From positions 6,386,001 to 6,450,000 of the forward strand of contig OZ176055.1 in NCBI GenBank assembly GCA_964247055.1: a DNA stretch of 64,000 nt. Reading direction: 5' to 3'. How positions within the stretch are numbered: position 1 is the stretch's first letter; each line of letters opens with the position of its first letter. This document shows, one piece after another, positions 1 through 12,811 of the stretch. Source of the stretch: Paragordius varius (Eukaryota; Animalia; Nematomorpha). The notes beneath the pieces are model-generated. The model was not told the DNA's origin. It saw only the letters and a list, made by a program, of their open reading frames with translations, and did not search any database. A program made the position numbers and the translations under genes.

Positions 1-392
1 TATTTTGTTTACAGATGTAAAAATTTGGTATCACTTAACGCTTTAACAAAATCTTGATAAATCTTTATTTTTTAAAATATGCATTTCGTCATAATTTATT
101 ATATATTAAAATTCTTATCTCAAATCTCCGTATTTTTGCTTTTTATAATTTAAATTTCTTTGTAAAATATTTTTTCGGTAAAAACGAATTGGGATGTCAA
201 AATTTAGGACATATTAAAATTTTTTTATTGCGTAATATCTAAAGTTTTGGGTTTAAAGCAGACTTGCCCATTTTAAGCGTTTCTTTTTGAAACTTTAAGA
301 AGCCACATTTATAATTCAAAAACTTATAATTTTGTTTTAGTTATGGCCCATGATGATAGTTATATTTTAGAATGAATTAATTTTTACAAAAT

Positions 393-1570
393 TTAAAGCA
401 AAATGTGCGCGAATTTTGGCCAAATCTTCAGATTTGAAACTGTTACCACAAAAATTGTAATAATTTGCATAAATAACTCATTAAGCTCATAACCAAAAGC
501 ACCATGAGAATCTGATATATTTAATATATATGTAAATATTTTATCAGAATATTTAATTGTACCTCCCGATTTTGTGCACGTGTATCCGATGACCTCATGC
601 CTGCTCATGATTATTTTAATACGGATTGTATTGAATTTACATAAGTTGCTTTTATGAACTAATGTGACCAGATAGGCAGTTTTTCGCAGTACAGTACTGG
701 GTTTTCAGAAAAAAACTGCGCATGTACTGCGCCGTACTACAAATCTCGAACTCCACACCGTAAAATTCAGGCTAATGGCTCTTTCACTCAGGACCTTCGC
801 AAAAGATTAAAATTTAAAATTAACAAAATTAATTAGTGATATTTTATAAATGTTTGGTCAGGTTTAGAAAGTTCATTTTTTGTTATAATTATCAAACGGA
901 AAATATAGAAAATTGTTGTTCCCGTAACATATTATAAGATTATTATATATGGCATATTATTTCGTAATAACCCTTTTTCGTATTTAAAATTAAGAGTTTT
1001 TTTCGTTTTTTATGCTCATTAGGTTTTGATATTTCTTATTTGTTCCTATCTTTTTATTAGTTTTTTATTTTTTCATAAACAAATTTGAGATATTTTGAAC
1101 CGTACTAACTATTTTGAATCATGATGGAAACGGTAAAATTCTATAAGATATAATAAAAACCTGATGATGTTTAACATTACTATAGAGTGAGTATTTTTTA
1201 AAGGTTTGTTTGCTTGCAAATTTTGGTGAATTTTTTTATAAAAAACACATCAACCGTTTATATCGTTTCCATCATGCTGAATGGCACCTTTTGCAATTTT
1301 ATACAAAGCACTTACCCTAAAAATGTAAAGAACTTTCCTAAATCACTTTCAAGGTTAAAACCAAAAGGACCATGATAATCCCGATATTTCTAGTAAACTA
1401 TATATATCATCACGATATTTTTTTGTGGAAACTGTGTAATATCCCACACCGATGGTGTAGAAATAGGCAATGTATGTTTTAATTTTGTACTGCGTCCAAG
1501 TTCAATATATCTGGTCACATTATTATAAACACTATGCACCATTAATTCATCCAAAGACTTGATAATCTTA
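393..1570 (-). pseudogene. Decayed coding sequence of unknown family, interrupted by the hAT element at 660-1522
   Basis: The minus-strand ORF 393-608 stays open upstream to the insertion point. Removing the element and one TSD copy gives a continuous frame (IIKSLDELMVHSVHKSNLCKFNTIRIKIIMSRHEVIGYT...LNISDSHGAFGYEL). Further upstream are stops or frameshifts. No family recognised. Confidence 0.35.
660..1522. mobile_element. Non-autonomous hAT-type DNA transposon (863 bp)
   Basis: 15-bp TIR TAATGTGACCAGATA (660-674) with its reverse complement at 1508-1522, plus a subterminal CGCAGTACA at both ends. Flanks TTATGAAC / TTATAAAC are an 8-bp TSD with one mismatch. The TIR differs by one base over 13 from that of the hAT at 39999. 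Confidence 0.85.
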
Positions 1571-2556
1571 TTTTAGGTTTAACTTGAGAGTAAAAATAAC
1601 ATCAAAAGATGTCAGCCAAAATATAGATTTTTGCTAAATTAGCCATTTCTATCCTAGTTATTACTCAATGTATTTTATAAAAAACCAACTTACTTCAGCT
1701 GCATTATCCAAAAACTATATTTTATAAAGTGGTAAATACAAGATAGTGTGATAATATATTAAAATTATCCCAATTTTTTAACTTATTTAAATGATTTTTA
1801 TGTAAATAAAAAGTGTAAAATAATTAGCCTTTCGTATTGTACCAATTAAAAATTTACTTAGGGCAACCAAATATCCCAATTTGTGTAAACACTTCACATT
1901 TTCACTTATTTGTCCGCGATGACATATTTTCATAGTTATGTCCCAATATCTTGTAAAAAACTACTCTTTTAAAAAGTTTTTTTTGTTGAAATATAATTAT
2001 CAAACATTATTCAGGATAAGATAATAATTTTTTTTACACTTTTGTTACTTTTAGAGTTAATATTGAGACAGCTTCAAAACAGATTTAACTAAACAGCAGA
2101 TTTTAATATCATTAAACATGTTTTTGGTGGTTAAATGCTATTTCGTTTAATAGAAATAATTATTTCAATTTTTCAACCATAATATACATTTAGTTTTATA
2201 TAGTTAACGATTTAAATAAATTTAAAGACAAAAATAGCAAGAAAAGGCATGAGATGAGGATTTTTTACAATTTTAATTTTTTAAAATTTTGTATTATGCT
2301 CCTTAAAAGCTTTTAAAAACATATTTTTAAATGCCTAATATGTGAATACTTTTAGATTTTCAAATTTCGTATCGCTCTGAGATTCCTAACTATCCCTTGT
2401 GAAGCATTAACGATACTAGCCTTTTGAGAAGAAATTTATTGAAATAAATGTTTCTTGTGGTCTTACTTTAAAATTAAATATAATAAAATCCTATTAAATC
2501 AAATCGGGTATAAATGATTTCATCAGGATATAATTGTGTGCACTGTCTAATAACAT

Positions 2557-5500
2557 ATGCCTACTAGCGGTAAATTTGATGTTTCTTATAAGACTAAAAA
2601 GTACTTGACACAATTGGAGAAAGTCTTGCTGTGTCAAATATGGTAAAAATATATTATATTTTAAGCAAAAACATTCTAAACGAACCCATATCTTTGTTTT
2701 GTCGCCATGAGTTTTGTTTAAATTGCATTCCTAAACTATCAAATCTCAAATGTCCTGTTTGCAAAACAAAATTTAATCGACAGTAAATTAATCATAATTT
2801 TAGGGATTTTAAAATAAGAAAAGATATTTCAGATCTTTGTAACATCATAAATACTAACTTGAACAAAACAATATCTATTAGTGTAAAAAACGATGATACA
2901 AATACTTTAAAGGAGACTATAATAAATAGTTTAAATAAACAAGAAACTCTTTCTCCTGTATCTTTAGAAGATTTTTCATGTGGTCTTTCATCTGATTCTA
3001 ATAAAAATGAAAATACATTAATTTCACCCCCCTTTAAAGATATTACTAATTTATCAAATGAAAATAAGTTGAAGGAAAACAAATTGCCTATAACTAAGTT
3101 GAATGAAAACGAGTTAGCTCAAAACTTGATTTCAAACAAGATGGATAACAAGCATACATTGATTAAATCGTCAAAATTTGGACGCTTCTCTATCTATAAA
3201 AAGATGAAAGCGAGTCACATGTCACATCTCAAACGTAAACGGCCAAAAAAATTTAGTTTTCAAAAACAATCAAACATAAACGGTAAAAATTCATCCGATA
3301 TTACGGACTGTTGCGTACTTCTTACCGATATTCGAACCATAGACTCACCCATTAAACCAATAATAAATGAATTACCGTCTGCAAAAGAAAATGTTATCGA
3401 AAATGAATGTACTACAAATACCGATGAACATTCACTTTTATCGAATAAAAGCCAATGCGAACAAATTGAACCAGAGTTGGCCCAGCCTACATGTAATCTA
3501 CCTAAATATTCCCTCAAAAAATATTACGGCTCATTAAGATCGTCGGGGGCTCTTATTAATGCAAATTACAAAATTAACAATTTATATGGTAAGATTTGGC
3601 AGATTGAAAAAAATCAGAAACTTATTTTGTCCGAACTTACCGCGTTAAAGCATTTACTTGGTGCAAATCAAACTGTAACATTTGTCAATATGAATAGAGG
3701 TAAACACAATATTATGAAATTTATTTTAAAATTGAAACTATATATAAAAATATAAAATCTAATATTTTTTAGATACTAGTATACGATCTCAAATTGTTGA
3801 TTATCCAGATTCGCAACAAGAATTAAACAATTCCATGGGTACTTTTATTCCATTTTTTTGCAGATAATCAGACACAATAATACTATTTAAAAACATATAT
3901 TTTGGGGTGTTTTTTCCCAGTGAGTTAAATTTGTTCTAGTATATATTAGTTCAGTGGTGCCCAAGTCAACGCTCTCCTTGCCACCAAAATTTTTTTATTT
4001 GCCCCCCCCCTCTCATTTTCCTTAAAAATTCTACTTATGCCTTTACTTAAATTAAGGGTTAAAAAATGGTTTTACAAAGAGGCTTTCTACTACAAATTTC
4101 CAAATTAAGATTTATGTTGCAAACATATTCCAAATGTATTTTCACACCCCTGGTCCAAATACATTATTGTGTAAATTAAAAATGTTGAAATTCGATAGCC
4201 TTCAACAAGCCCAATTCTTACAACTATAATTTAAAAAATTTTGATGCTATATTTCTCCCCCAAATCTTTTTCAAATGGTTAGTTATATAAAACTGGCACA
4301 TGAATATTTGTTAATGGATTTTTATGCAATTTTATTATTTAAAATATTTTTTATCCATGGACGCCCTGCGTAGAATTCATATTATTTAGCCAAGTATTTT
4401 AGATTTAAGTATTTGAAAATACTGTATTTCATTTTTTGGCAAAATAAATTTATTTTTAGGTGTTTTAACACCCCCAACCAGTAACAAAAGTATGATGATT
4501 GGAGAACATGATAATAAACAAAATCCATGTGATGACTTTAGGGCACACAACACAAGTCATGAGATTGAACAACCTCAAAATTATCCTATATTAATGAGCT
4601 TATTAACTTCACCCAAAAATAAATCTCCTCAGTTGCAAGTTTGTTTTCTTAATAACATAAAAAGATTTAAAACACATTTGTGATAATATAATAGATAGGG
4701 CGTCCGCTCTTACACTGTGTGTGTGATATGGCAGAATTCGAACCTCGAAACTACGGAATTTTTCCATCATCATCACTGTAGCCCTGGGAAGGCGAGTGTT
4801 TAAAGCCTTCACAAGTCTTGGTTTATTTTTAGTCCCTACCCTTTAAGGAAAAAGGTCTCTGAACCAGTACTCGCCCGAAATTATTTTTTCTTGTCTCAAT
4901 AGCTCTGTTTGACACTTTTGCAGATATTTTTTACTCCAAATAAGTTTAAAAAATTTTAATGAACAATTAAGGACCATAAGACTTTGGGGGCCACGGTATG
5001 GGTATTGCTGCTCAAAACTGTTTATTTATCTGTAAAATGTAAATTTTTTTCATATATACAGAATGAAGGTGAAGATTCTCCAACCATTATTTCTTGCACT
5101 CCATTAATCGAGCAAAATGATTTAAATAAAAATAATGGAATAAGCAATAGGAATAAAACAAATGAAGCATCTAAATTGTTATTGCAACATCAAGAAGATT
5201 TGGATGAAACGCATTGTAATTTAGAGACGAATAACAACAAAAACAACAATAACAATATAAATAATAGCAGGAAACGTTGTCAAGAGCCAGTAACAACAGG
5301 TTCACCCATGACAGATAGTATTCGGGATTCAGAACTACGCAATTTAACCGGATCCACATTAATGTCAAGGCACAATTCTTCTTCTGATGTTGTTCCTTTG
5401 ATTGCGACATCAACTCAATTAATGCATGAAAGCCATACCCATCAAAATATAAGTCAAGCATTCTGTACTCCAGCAGCGGATACAATGATATCTCAACAAA

Positions 5501-8500
5501 CGAATTGCGATAATATTTCATTCATGCCAAGGTTTAGTTCTGGCACAAGTGATTTACGTGTAACGCAAGTTGATTTGGTTGATGAAAGCCCACCACCACA
5601 ACCCAATGAAACGAGCCGGGATATCACCACTGTATCATCATCACGAAAAATTGAATTTAAAGGCGATGGAAAAATATCGTTAGAATTTGGTACTTTTTTG
5701 GATAGTTGTTATTCATACAGTAATAAAATGTTCTTTTTTGGGCTATATTCTCAGTTTGTAGCCTTATGTAATGAATGTTCTTATCCATCATATTTTTCTG
5801 AGTGTCTGAAAAACTTTAGGCCTAGTAATTAAGAATGTATACTTTTTCCCAATCAAACTTAACACCTTTAATTGAAATACTTGAGATTTTTATTTTTTGT
5901 TTAACACGTAATTAACGCACTCTGTGCATTTTTTCAGATAGCACTTACTTGCCGTTCTTAACCATCATTGTTATGAGATTGTTCTGAGTATTTTTATAAA
6001 ACTTAAGATGCGTAAATCGATTATATAAAATAAAAATTGAAAGACAATATTTAAAAATTAAATGAATTGTATTTTTGTTTAGAGACAATCATCATGTTGA
6101 TCATTGATTTTCACTATATAACTTAATTAATTGCATTGTGAAATACATATTTTAGTATGTACATTTCATTTTTTTCCCCTTATTTTGCAGCACAAGACAA
6201 TAAGCTTTATTTAAAAAATAGTATTTGTCTTTATGAAAAAATTAAATTTTTTAGCGTTTTGTCTTTTTCCTCCATATAAGACAAAAACAGTATATAAATA
6301 CAGTAAAAATTGAAATTTAACGAAAACGTAAAAATATAAAGACAAATATTTATTAAAACACAACCATACTTTTAAATCTTATTTTTTCAAATATAACTCA
6401 TTGTTTCAAACTCCAAAGTATAGAATAGAGATGTATATTGGTAACACGATCAATTACATATTTTACGTTTGTTAATAAATGATTTTAATAGGATAAATTG
6501 AGATTTGATAAAGTATGGTTGGTTGTCTTTTGAAATTTTGTCTGTATATTTTTCCATTTTGTCCGTATAATTTCAAATTTTATTGTAATAAAGAAAAATC
6601 TCCTTCAATTTTATCATTAATTTTTGTGCCTTTTTCTAAATAAATTTGCATAGATTGTGGAAACATTAGTCCCAGTTTTAATACAGAGGATCCGTTTGAC
6701 CCGCCACCTAAAACATATGCAAAATATGTTGAAAAGAATCGCAGTGTAACTTCACCTGTCAAAACGAATAAACGCACAAATACTAATTCTACTATGATGG
6801 TAAATGAAAAATATATATCATCGGTTAAGCGTTCTAAATCCCATGATATAAAAGAAAAAACGCAAAAACGTGAAAACGCAACAAATATAGTGTTAACCAC
6901 TTCTGGATTAGGTCCTCTTGAAATGGTAAATTTTGAGAAAATATTGTTAATTATATACAATATGTATACATGTTTGTTATAATAATCATTTACACGCATA
7001 ATTTGATTTTACACTTGTTAATATGATAGATATAGTATAAACAATGTATAATTGGTTGTAAATTAGAAATTAATATATTTATCTTTATTTATTGTATGGT
7101 TATCAAACCATCAAAATTAAAATGACAACTAATAACCGGTAGTGCCTAGACTTCGAAATTGGATTTTTACCATTATCTTTTGAATACATTTTCACATGGT
7201 TGTTAAAAAACTTTTTGCTAAGTAAATGTTTTTTAAAACATCTAAAACTGGCCCTTGCTGTTACATCAGTAGGAATTTGTTGTCCCAATTATTTTAAGGT
7301 TAATATCTTTAAAGTTGAAGTAGTCACAAAAGCAGTACCAAATGATAAAAATGCAAACAAGATAAATTATCATAAGATTTAATTTTAATGGTTCATAATT
7401 CATTTTTTTGAATTTCTTCATATAACTATATATTTTACAATTTATGATTGCAATATTTCACTTATAAATTATTATTTTTATCGTGATTTACGTTTATATA
7501 GTAAGCTGTCATCGCTAATTTAACTATAATAAAGGTAAAAATTGTACATATACATTTGTTTTTAGGAATGTGTCAGGATTTTTATAAATGCATTCGATGG
7601 AATATACATGCCCAAATATTCGCCTCAAATATCTCATATCATAGTAAAATCGGGTATATGAAATAAATTTAATACAATAAATATCTCAATCTTCAGTAAA
7701 ATTGCAAATAATTTTTTGTTAAAACAGATGAGGATGGAAAATGCGAACGGACACTCAAATACTTTCAAGGGATAGCTGGCAAAAAATGGATTTGTTCTTT
7801 CCGCTGGTTACAAGATTCCATAAATAAAAAACATCTTTTACCTGAAGTATTATATTATAGATATATAATCTATTCCTGACATATATTCTTTTTTTAAATT
7901 ACAAAAATCGTCTATATTTTAAAATATTATTGATGCAAAGCTCGAACAAAAAACATACAGTATGAGTAAGTATACATTGCTAGTCATTCAGTAATTGCCA
8001 AATATCATACACAGATAGCATTATTATTGGTGAATAACAGTAAAAAGTTAAAAAATAACCATGAGCTAATAATATTGTCTTTTGCTGATTATGCCATCTG
8101 GCAGCATTAATTAATAAATAACTTTACATGTAATCTAACTCATATTGTGTATATATCCAAAGCAAAAATTGATATTTATCCTATTTTTAGCATTAATTAT
8201 TTTATCAAAAAGAGAGCTAACATGTTTTATAATAAATTATTTCATTTTGTAGGATCCATACGAAGTTTTAGGCGATACACTAACGGAAGATGTAACTTTT
8301 GCCCCTAAACTGTCTCGACTCAGTTATGTGAATGATAAGGGTGTTAAAGACCATCAAACTCTCTTATCAGCTTTTGCAGTTTGTGTTTATGGTTCTTTCG
8401 CACCTGACTTACCTGCTACTGAATTACGTAATTTATTAATTATGTGTGGTGCGCAAATTATTGAATCGCCCTCCAAGTTTACGGTTAAAAAATGTTCCAC

Positions 8501-10324
8501 GGGTTTACGTAAACCGGTTCCAGTCATTATATCACAAACGGAAGCAAATGATCCCCCAATACCCCTTGGAAAATACAATGGTAATTGATTAAGTTAAGAA
8601 AGCGTTTTGAGATTGTAGAAATAATATCCATAATCATAATTAAAAGTTGGTAAATTTATATTTGGAATATGTGTAATGCTTTTTATATACGTTTTGTATA
8701 ACGCCCCTTATCAAATTAACAATTTTTTAATCATATGTATTTGTCAATCTATTATGATACTATATTCTAATAAGATAGATAATAGTTGTTGTTAAGGGGT
8801 TTCTAGGCATCCCGCTGTGAAGGGGTTTAGGTGTTTGATCTTTGCATGAAGGATTTTTTGTTTAACCAGTCCCCGGTTTTTATTTGGCCTGTAGGTCTTG
8901 GGTAATGTTATTGTCCCATGTTATTGTTGAAAGACCAACTCTGTTTTGTTTGCTTGGCTTAAAGTTTGTTATATTTTTATCCAATTATCGTAATCTAATA
9001 TTTGAATGTGACCGTAGTAGCCGAGTCTTCGGATTTGGATATATTTTCAGATTGGTAGGATTTGTTTATCATGAGAGATTTTTCGCTTAAATGTAATTAG
9101 AATGTGGAGAGGGAACTTTGGCCTAGGTAGCCGAATATGTTTATCACCTCCTCAGTGCTAGAGGTTGATATTGCAAAAAGGCATGCAATCTTATAACATT
9201 TTCTTATAATAATATATGATTAATGCAACCAATAAGAAATATATGAATTTATATAAAAAACTTAATATTTTTAAGAAACAATATTTAAAAATATTTACAA
9301 TAAAAAAAAGAGAATCACTCAACTAAGAATTATAAATTTAATTGACTGAGATTTGCTTCATAAAGTTGCTAGATAATCAACTTTTATATATTGAGATGGT
9401 TAAAAACAAAATTCGGTATGATGCAGTTTACCGTAAGATGCTATTAAACTTCAACCGAAAATGTAATATTAGCATTTTTGGAAAACTAAATATTATCAAA
9501 AAATTAAGCATTTGTTTATCGCTCGCATCGCCTTTTTGCGTTTGTTTTAAGGAAGTTGCGTATTAAAAACAAATCAAGGTTAGTTAACAAAAAATCATGA
9601 TGAAACCTACTTTTGTCAGAAAATATTTTAGGTTAGTGCTCGGTAGTTTTGGCAGATCATGATTTTACTTTGCTCTAAGCCGAATGTTAAAATTTTCATT
9701 GGCCTTAATACAATTTAAGTCCTTTCCTTAAAGAACAAAAGATATTATACTATAACACAATAGTTTAATCAAAGATAATGTATCAATATCAAACAAGGCT
9801 ATTTTTGGCTTTTCATTTTCTCTTATTGAGCTTAAACCATTTGAAAATAAACTGTCAACGTGAATCACAAACTTAGTTTTTTACGACTTAACTTTTGTTT
9901 ATTGATCACACCAATAATAAAACCAAGGAACAAATATATAAATTAGAATATATTTATTTTTATGCACTGTTTGTTTCTTATAATATATTGCTTCAACATT
10001 CTCCAAAAAAATATTTTACGATTAATCATACGTTCATCATATATCTTGTAACCTGGCCGAACTTAACATCTAAACCGATTTTAATTTTTATAATATTAAA
10101 TTAAAGTATTTAATGCCAATCTAACATTATGTATAAAATTGTACCTATATTTTAAATTAGATCTTTATGAAAAATATGGGGCTTTCCCTGTTGCCAGAGA
10201 ATGGGTTTTTGATTCCATTGCTTTGTATGGCGTCGTACCTCTAATACATTATCTGCAATGCCAAAGTAAAGTGTTAACATCACAAGACAAAAAATTTATT
10301 TCCAACGTCGATTATTTATTATGA
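2557..10324 (+). CDS. BRCA1: BRCA1-like protein (RING, coiled coil, tandem BRCT), about 980 aa, 11 exons
   Basis: Exons 2557-2642, 2666-2782, 2804-3699, 3773-3838, 4460-4638, 5062-5689, 6654-6925, 7566-7653, 7728-7846, 8253-8580, 10161-10324; all GT-AG with compatible phases. C3HC4 RING (CQIC..CRHEFCLNC..CPVC). BRCT motifs TSGL, CERTLKYFQGIAGKKW and VAREWVFDSIALY match human BRCA1 (SGL, CERTLKYFLGIAGGKW, VTREWVLDSVALY). Several intron positions equal human ones. Confidence 0.93.
6301..6585. mobile_element. TA-flanked MITE, copy in a BRCA1 intron
   Basis: Begins CAGTAAAAATTGAAATT, ends AATTTCAAATTTTATTG, TA on both sides; internal sequence shared with copies near 14788, 22996, 50951 and 53794. 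Confidence 0.7.
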
Positions 10325-10791
10325 TTCAATAATTTTCATTTTTACACATAATTATTTCAATTCTCATATATGCATTTATTAGTTCATGCAAAACCAATTT
10401 ATACACACATTTATAAAAAAAATAAATTTATATTTTTTGTACTTTGGGCTAGGGAAAGTGTTATCTCATGCCCTCTAAACGAATGAATTATTGTTAGATT
10501 AATTATTTAAACGACTTTATTTTATGTGTAAAAATGTTTTTGTAAATTTATCGATTTTTCGTACAAAATTTACAAAAACAATATTTTTGGATTAAATTGC
10601 GTTGGCTGAAATATTTTTAAGGTTGAATAAAGTAAGGAATCACGCATTTATAAATCAAGTTAAAATTTTGGCAATAATGCGTATAATGATTTTTAAAAAA
10701 TAAATATTAATTTATTTAATAAATATCTAATTTTCGGTTATAATTGTATAACCTTCTTTAGGATAAAAAAAGAAATTAAAACGAGATCAAG

Positions 10792-11635
10792 AAAAAAATA
10801 AAATGATGAAAATGATGTGTGGTAAAGGTATTTATAACCAGTGAAAAAAAAACCAGTAAACATTACTGGAAAAAACTAGTTATAAATACCCTTAATTAAT
10901 GAATGGATGGATTATACAATTGTTTTATAATTGACATAAGTATAATTGATTGTGTTGTAGTTGCATTATATAATATTATTTTAGGTTGTAGTTCCAGATG
11001 TTAGACAATATCATACCGTCGGCACGGTTGAGATTTGCATTTTGCTTTTTGATTTCTATAGCTTCACGTATAAATCGTTTTGAACGATCTTCAATGTTAA
11101 CCAGTACTTCCGTTTTAGCTATGTGGTGACCTTGAGAACAAATGTGTTCAGCAAGTCCGGAATTAAATTTATTAGAGCGTATGTATTGCGTATGTTCTTT
11201 TAGTCTTTGATCAATAGTGCGACCTGTTTCTCCGACATAAACACCATCACAGGAGCACGTAACTTTATAAACACCTGGTCTTTTTTCGCGGGGTATAGGG
11301 TCTTTATATTTTATGTGATTGATAAGTTTAGACATTGGTTTATATATTGTACGTATGTTAAATCTGTTTAATAGGTGACCGATTTTTGTGGTTACATTTT
11401 TAATGAAGGGTAGAGAGGCAGTTGCAACGAATTGATCATTTGATTGTTGTTTAGTTGTGGTTTGATTGTTGATTCTATTGAAAAGTTGGGGATGGTAGCC
11501 ATTTTGTTGGAAGGATTGTCTAAGGTGGTTGATTTCGGGTAGCAGTGAGCTGGAGTTTTTCCAGTAATGTTTACTGGTTTTTTTTCACTGGTTATAAATA
11601 CCTTTACCACACATCATTTTCATCATTTTATTTTT
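10792..11635 (-). mobile_element. 5'-truncated Penelope-like retroelement (RT-linker plus GIY-YIG endonuclease) with an inverted copy of its 3' tail
   Basis: The minus frame is open from about 11550 to 10976: EINHLRQSFQQNGYHP..LPFIKNVTTKIGHLLNRFNIRTIYKP..KDPIPREKRPGVYKVTCSCDGVYVGETGRTIDQRLKEH..REAIEIK..NRADG, typical of Penelope/Poseidon C-termini. An inverted repeat of about 85 bp lies at 10792-10877 and 11554-11635. Confidence 0.9.
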
Positions 11636-12811
11636 AAGGTTGATTTTGACATCTGACTGCCATTATTTCTTACGGTTTATAGATTCATCCAAATTTATCT
11701 AAAAGGGTTTAAATTACTTGTCGGTTTTTCTTTATGGATTTCATATATTTAAACACTTTTTTTTCAAAGATGATCACATGAGATATATATAGTTGTGTAA
11801 AGCAGAGCTTATTGAAAATAAACTATTTTGAAAGTTGTTTTAATTAAAATTTATTTATCAAACATTGTTGTCAAAGTTTATATTTTTTTCCGTTTTTTAA
11901 ATTTATAGCCCAATATTTGGATAATCCCAAAATCCGATTAAACAAACAGCTAATCAAATCTATAAATATCAAATTTGCTGCTAAAAGCTTTTATAAAATA
12001 AATAATTTACATCCTTAACATACATTTTTTTGCTTGTTAATTGGGAATTTAAAAAATAAAAAAGGCTGCATAAAAGTTTGAGATGATAAGTGTTTAAATA
12101 ATATCCTTTTTTTAAAAATTGAATGATTCGAAAGTATTAAGAATACATATGTTTAAATATGGCCCAATATGCGCTAGTTATTATTTAACTTAATATATTC
12201 CAAAATATAAACATAAATGGTATTGATTAGTAAGCATCTCAAAAACTGATATCATTCCTAATCTTACAATGTTGAAACTCTCAATTATTATTTTGATATA
12301 ATTAAAAAATTTGTGGTTAAATGAACGGAAATAGAGATAATCTTTAAATATTCGGTTTGAATAATATGTAAATCAAACTGAGAACAATATTTTTTTAACA
12401 ATTTTTTATATCATTCGAGATCATCCTTGATTAATTGGGAATGGTTGGATAACAATTGTTAAAAAAATAATTATGCCAGAAAAACAAATTTTAATTTGAA
12501 ATATGTAACATTTTGATGTTTGTTTGAATAAATAATTATAAAATGAGTGAAAGTACATTTACTTATTGAAAAATGACAAAACAAATACGTACCTTAACAT
12601 AAATACATTGAAACAAAGAGATCCCCTTTTTTATTTGCATAGCATTCGTCGTATATTGATAATCAATTTTTAAATTTTTTAGGTTAAAAAAAAGTAAATA
12701 ATATTTAATGAATCAGGAACAAAGTTTTATTTCAAATCATTGTGAGGTTTATACAAAAAAAAATTAAAATTGAAGAATTTAAAAAAATAAAAATGCAAAT
12801 TTAATATCCAT

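Noticed and set aside
1620-2480. Possible minus-strand exons upstream of BRCA1 (for example YWDITMKICHRGQISENVKCLHKLGYLVAL near 1860-1955)
   Set aside because: Could not be chained into a stop-free model or matched to a known family; may belong to the decayed gene at 393-1570.
2792-8578. Minus-strand ORFs 2792-3082, 3260-3517, 5171-5521, 6580-6999 and 8387-8578
   Set aside because: Antisense shadows of BRCA1 exons, with no recognisable motifs.
8790-9170. GC-richer block in the last BRCA1 intron, including ORF 8884-9090
   Set aside because: Stop-riddled in the most plausible frame and without diagnostic motifs; probably an old TE fragment, but unsupported.
11745-11830. AAGATGATCAC...GAAA resembling a Penelope hammerhead core
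   Set aside because: Stems could not be formed convincingly and it lies outside the inverted repeat.
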